This document shows, in pieces, positions 63,849 through 64,000 of a stretch of 64,000 nt of DNA (position 1 is its first letter; each line of letters opens with the position of its first letter). The translations under genes and the position numbers were made by a program. The stretch comes from Escherichia coli (GTDB lineage: Bacteria; Pseudomonadota; Gammaproteobacteria; Enterobacterales; Enterobacteriaceae), in assembly GCF_001677475.2 (NCBI RefSeq), contig NZ_CP015229.1, one strand, 5' to 3'. Below the pieces are notes generated by a model. It did no database searches. It saw only the letters and a program-made list of their open reading frames with translations, and was not told the DNA's origin.

Positions 63849-64000
63849 ATGAACGAGTTAGACGGCATCAAACAGTTCACCACTGTCGTGGCAGACAGCG
63901 GCGATATTGAGTCCATTCGCCATTATCATCCCCAGGATGCCACCACCAATCCTTCGCTGTTACTCAAGGCTGCCGGATTATCACAATATGAGCATTTAAT
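63849..64000 (+). CDS. talA: Transaldolase A, N-terminal part only (runs off the window end)
   Basis: AAGGAG RBS then [50 protein letters not shown]. Confidence 0.9.
   Translation, partial: MNELDGIKQFTTVVADSGDIESIRHYHPQDATTNPSLLLKAAGLSQYEHL

Overview
This window reads as a contiguous stretch of well-characterised Escherichia coli K-12-like core chromosome, running from the 5' end of fryA through glk, mntH, nupC, gltX, the xap genes, ligA/zipA, cysZ/cysK, ptsHI-crr, the cysPUWAM operon, murRQP, amiA and hemF, to the complete 17-gene ethanolamine-utilisation (eut) microcompartment locus, maeB and the start of talA. I did not find a credible previously undescribed system: every ORF of meaningful size is accounted for by a recognisable E. 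coli gene, and coding density is high. All gene identities come from reading the translated ORFs against remembered E. coli protein sequences and lengths; no database search was possible. The observations worth a second look are (i) several clean-looking absences relative to the MG1655 reference as I recall it (no prophage between eutB and eutA, no IS186 between nupC and pdeA, no yfeS, a 29-codon remnant where yfeW should be, and one fewer copy in each tandem tRNA array), (ii) a hairpin plus U-tract between the shell genes eutM and eutN, and (iii) a few small or structured intergenic elements. Long ORFs antisense to known genes were examined and rejected.
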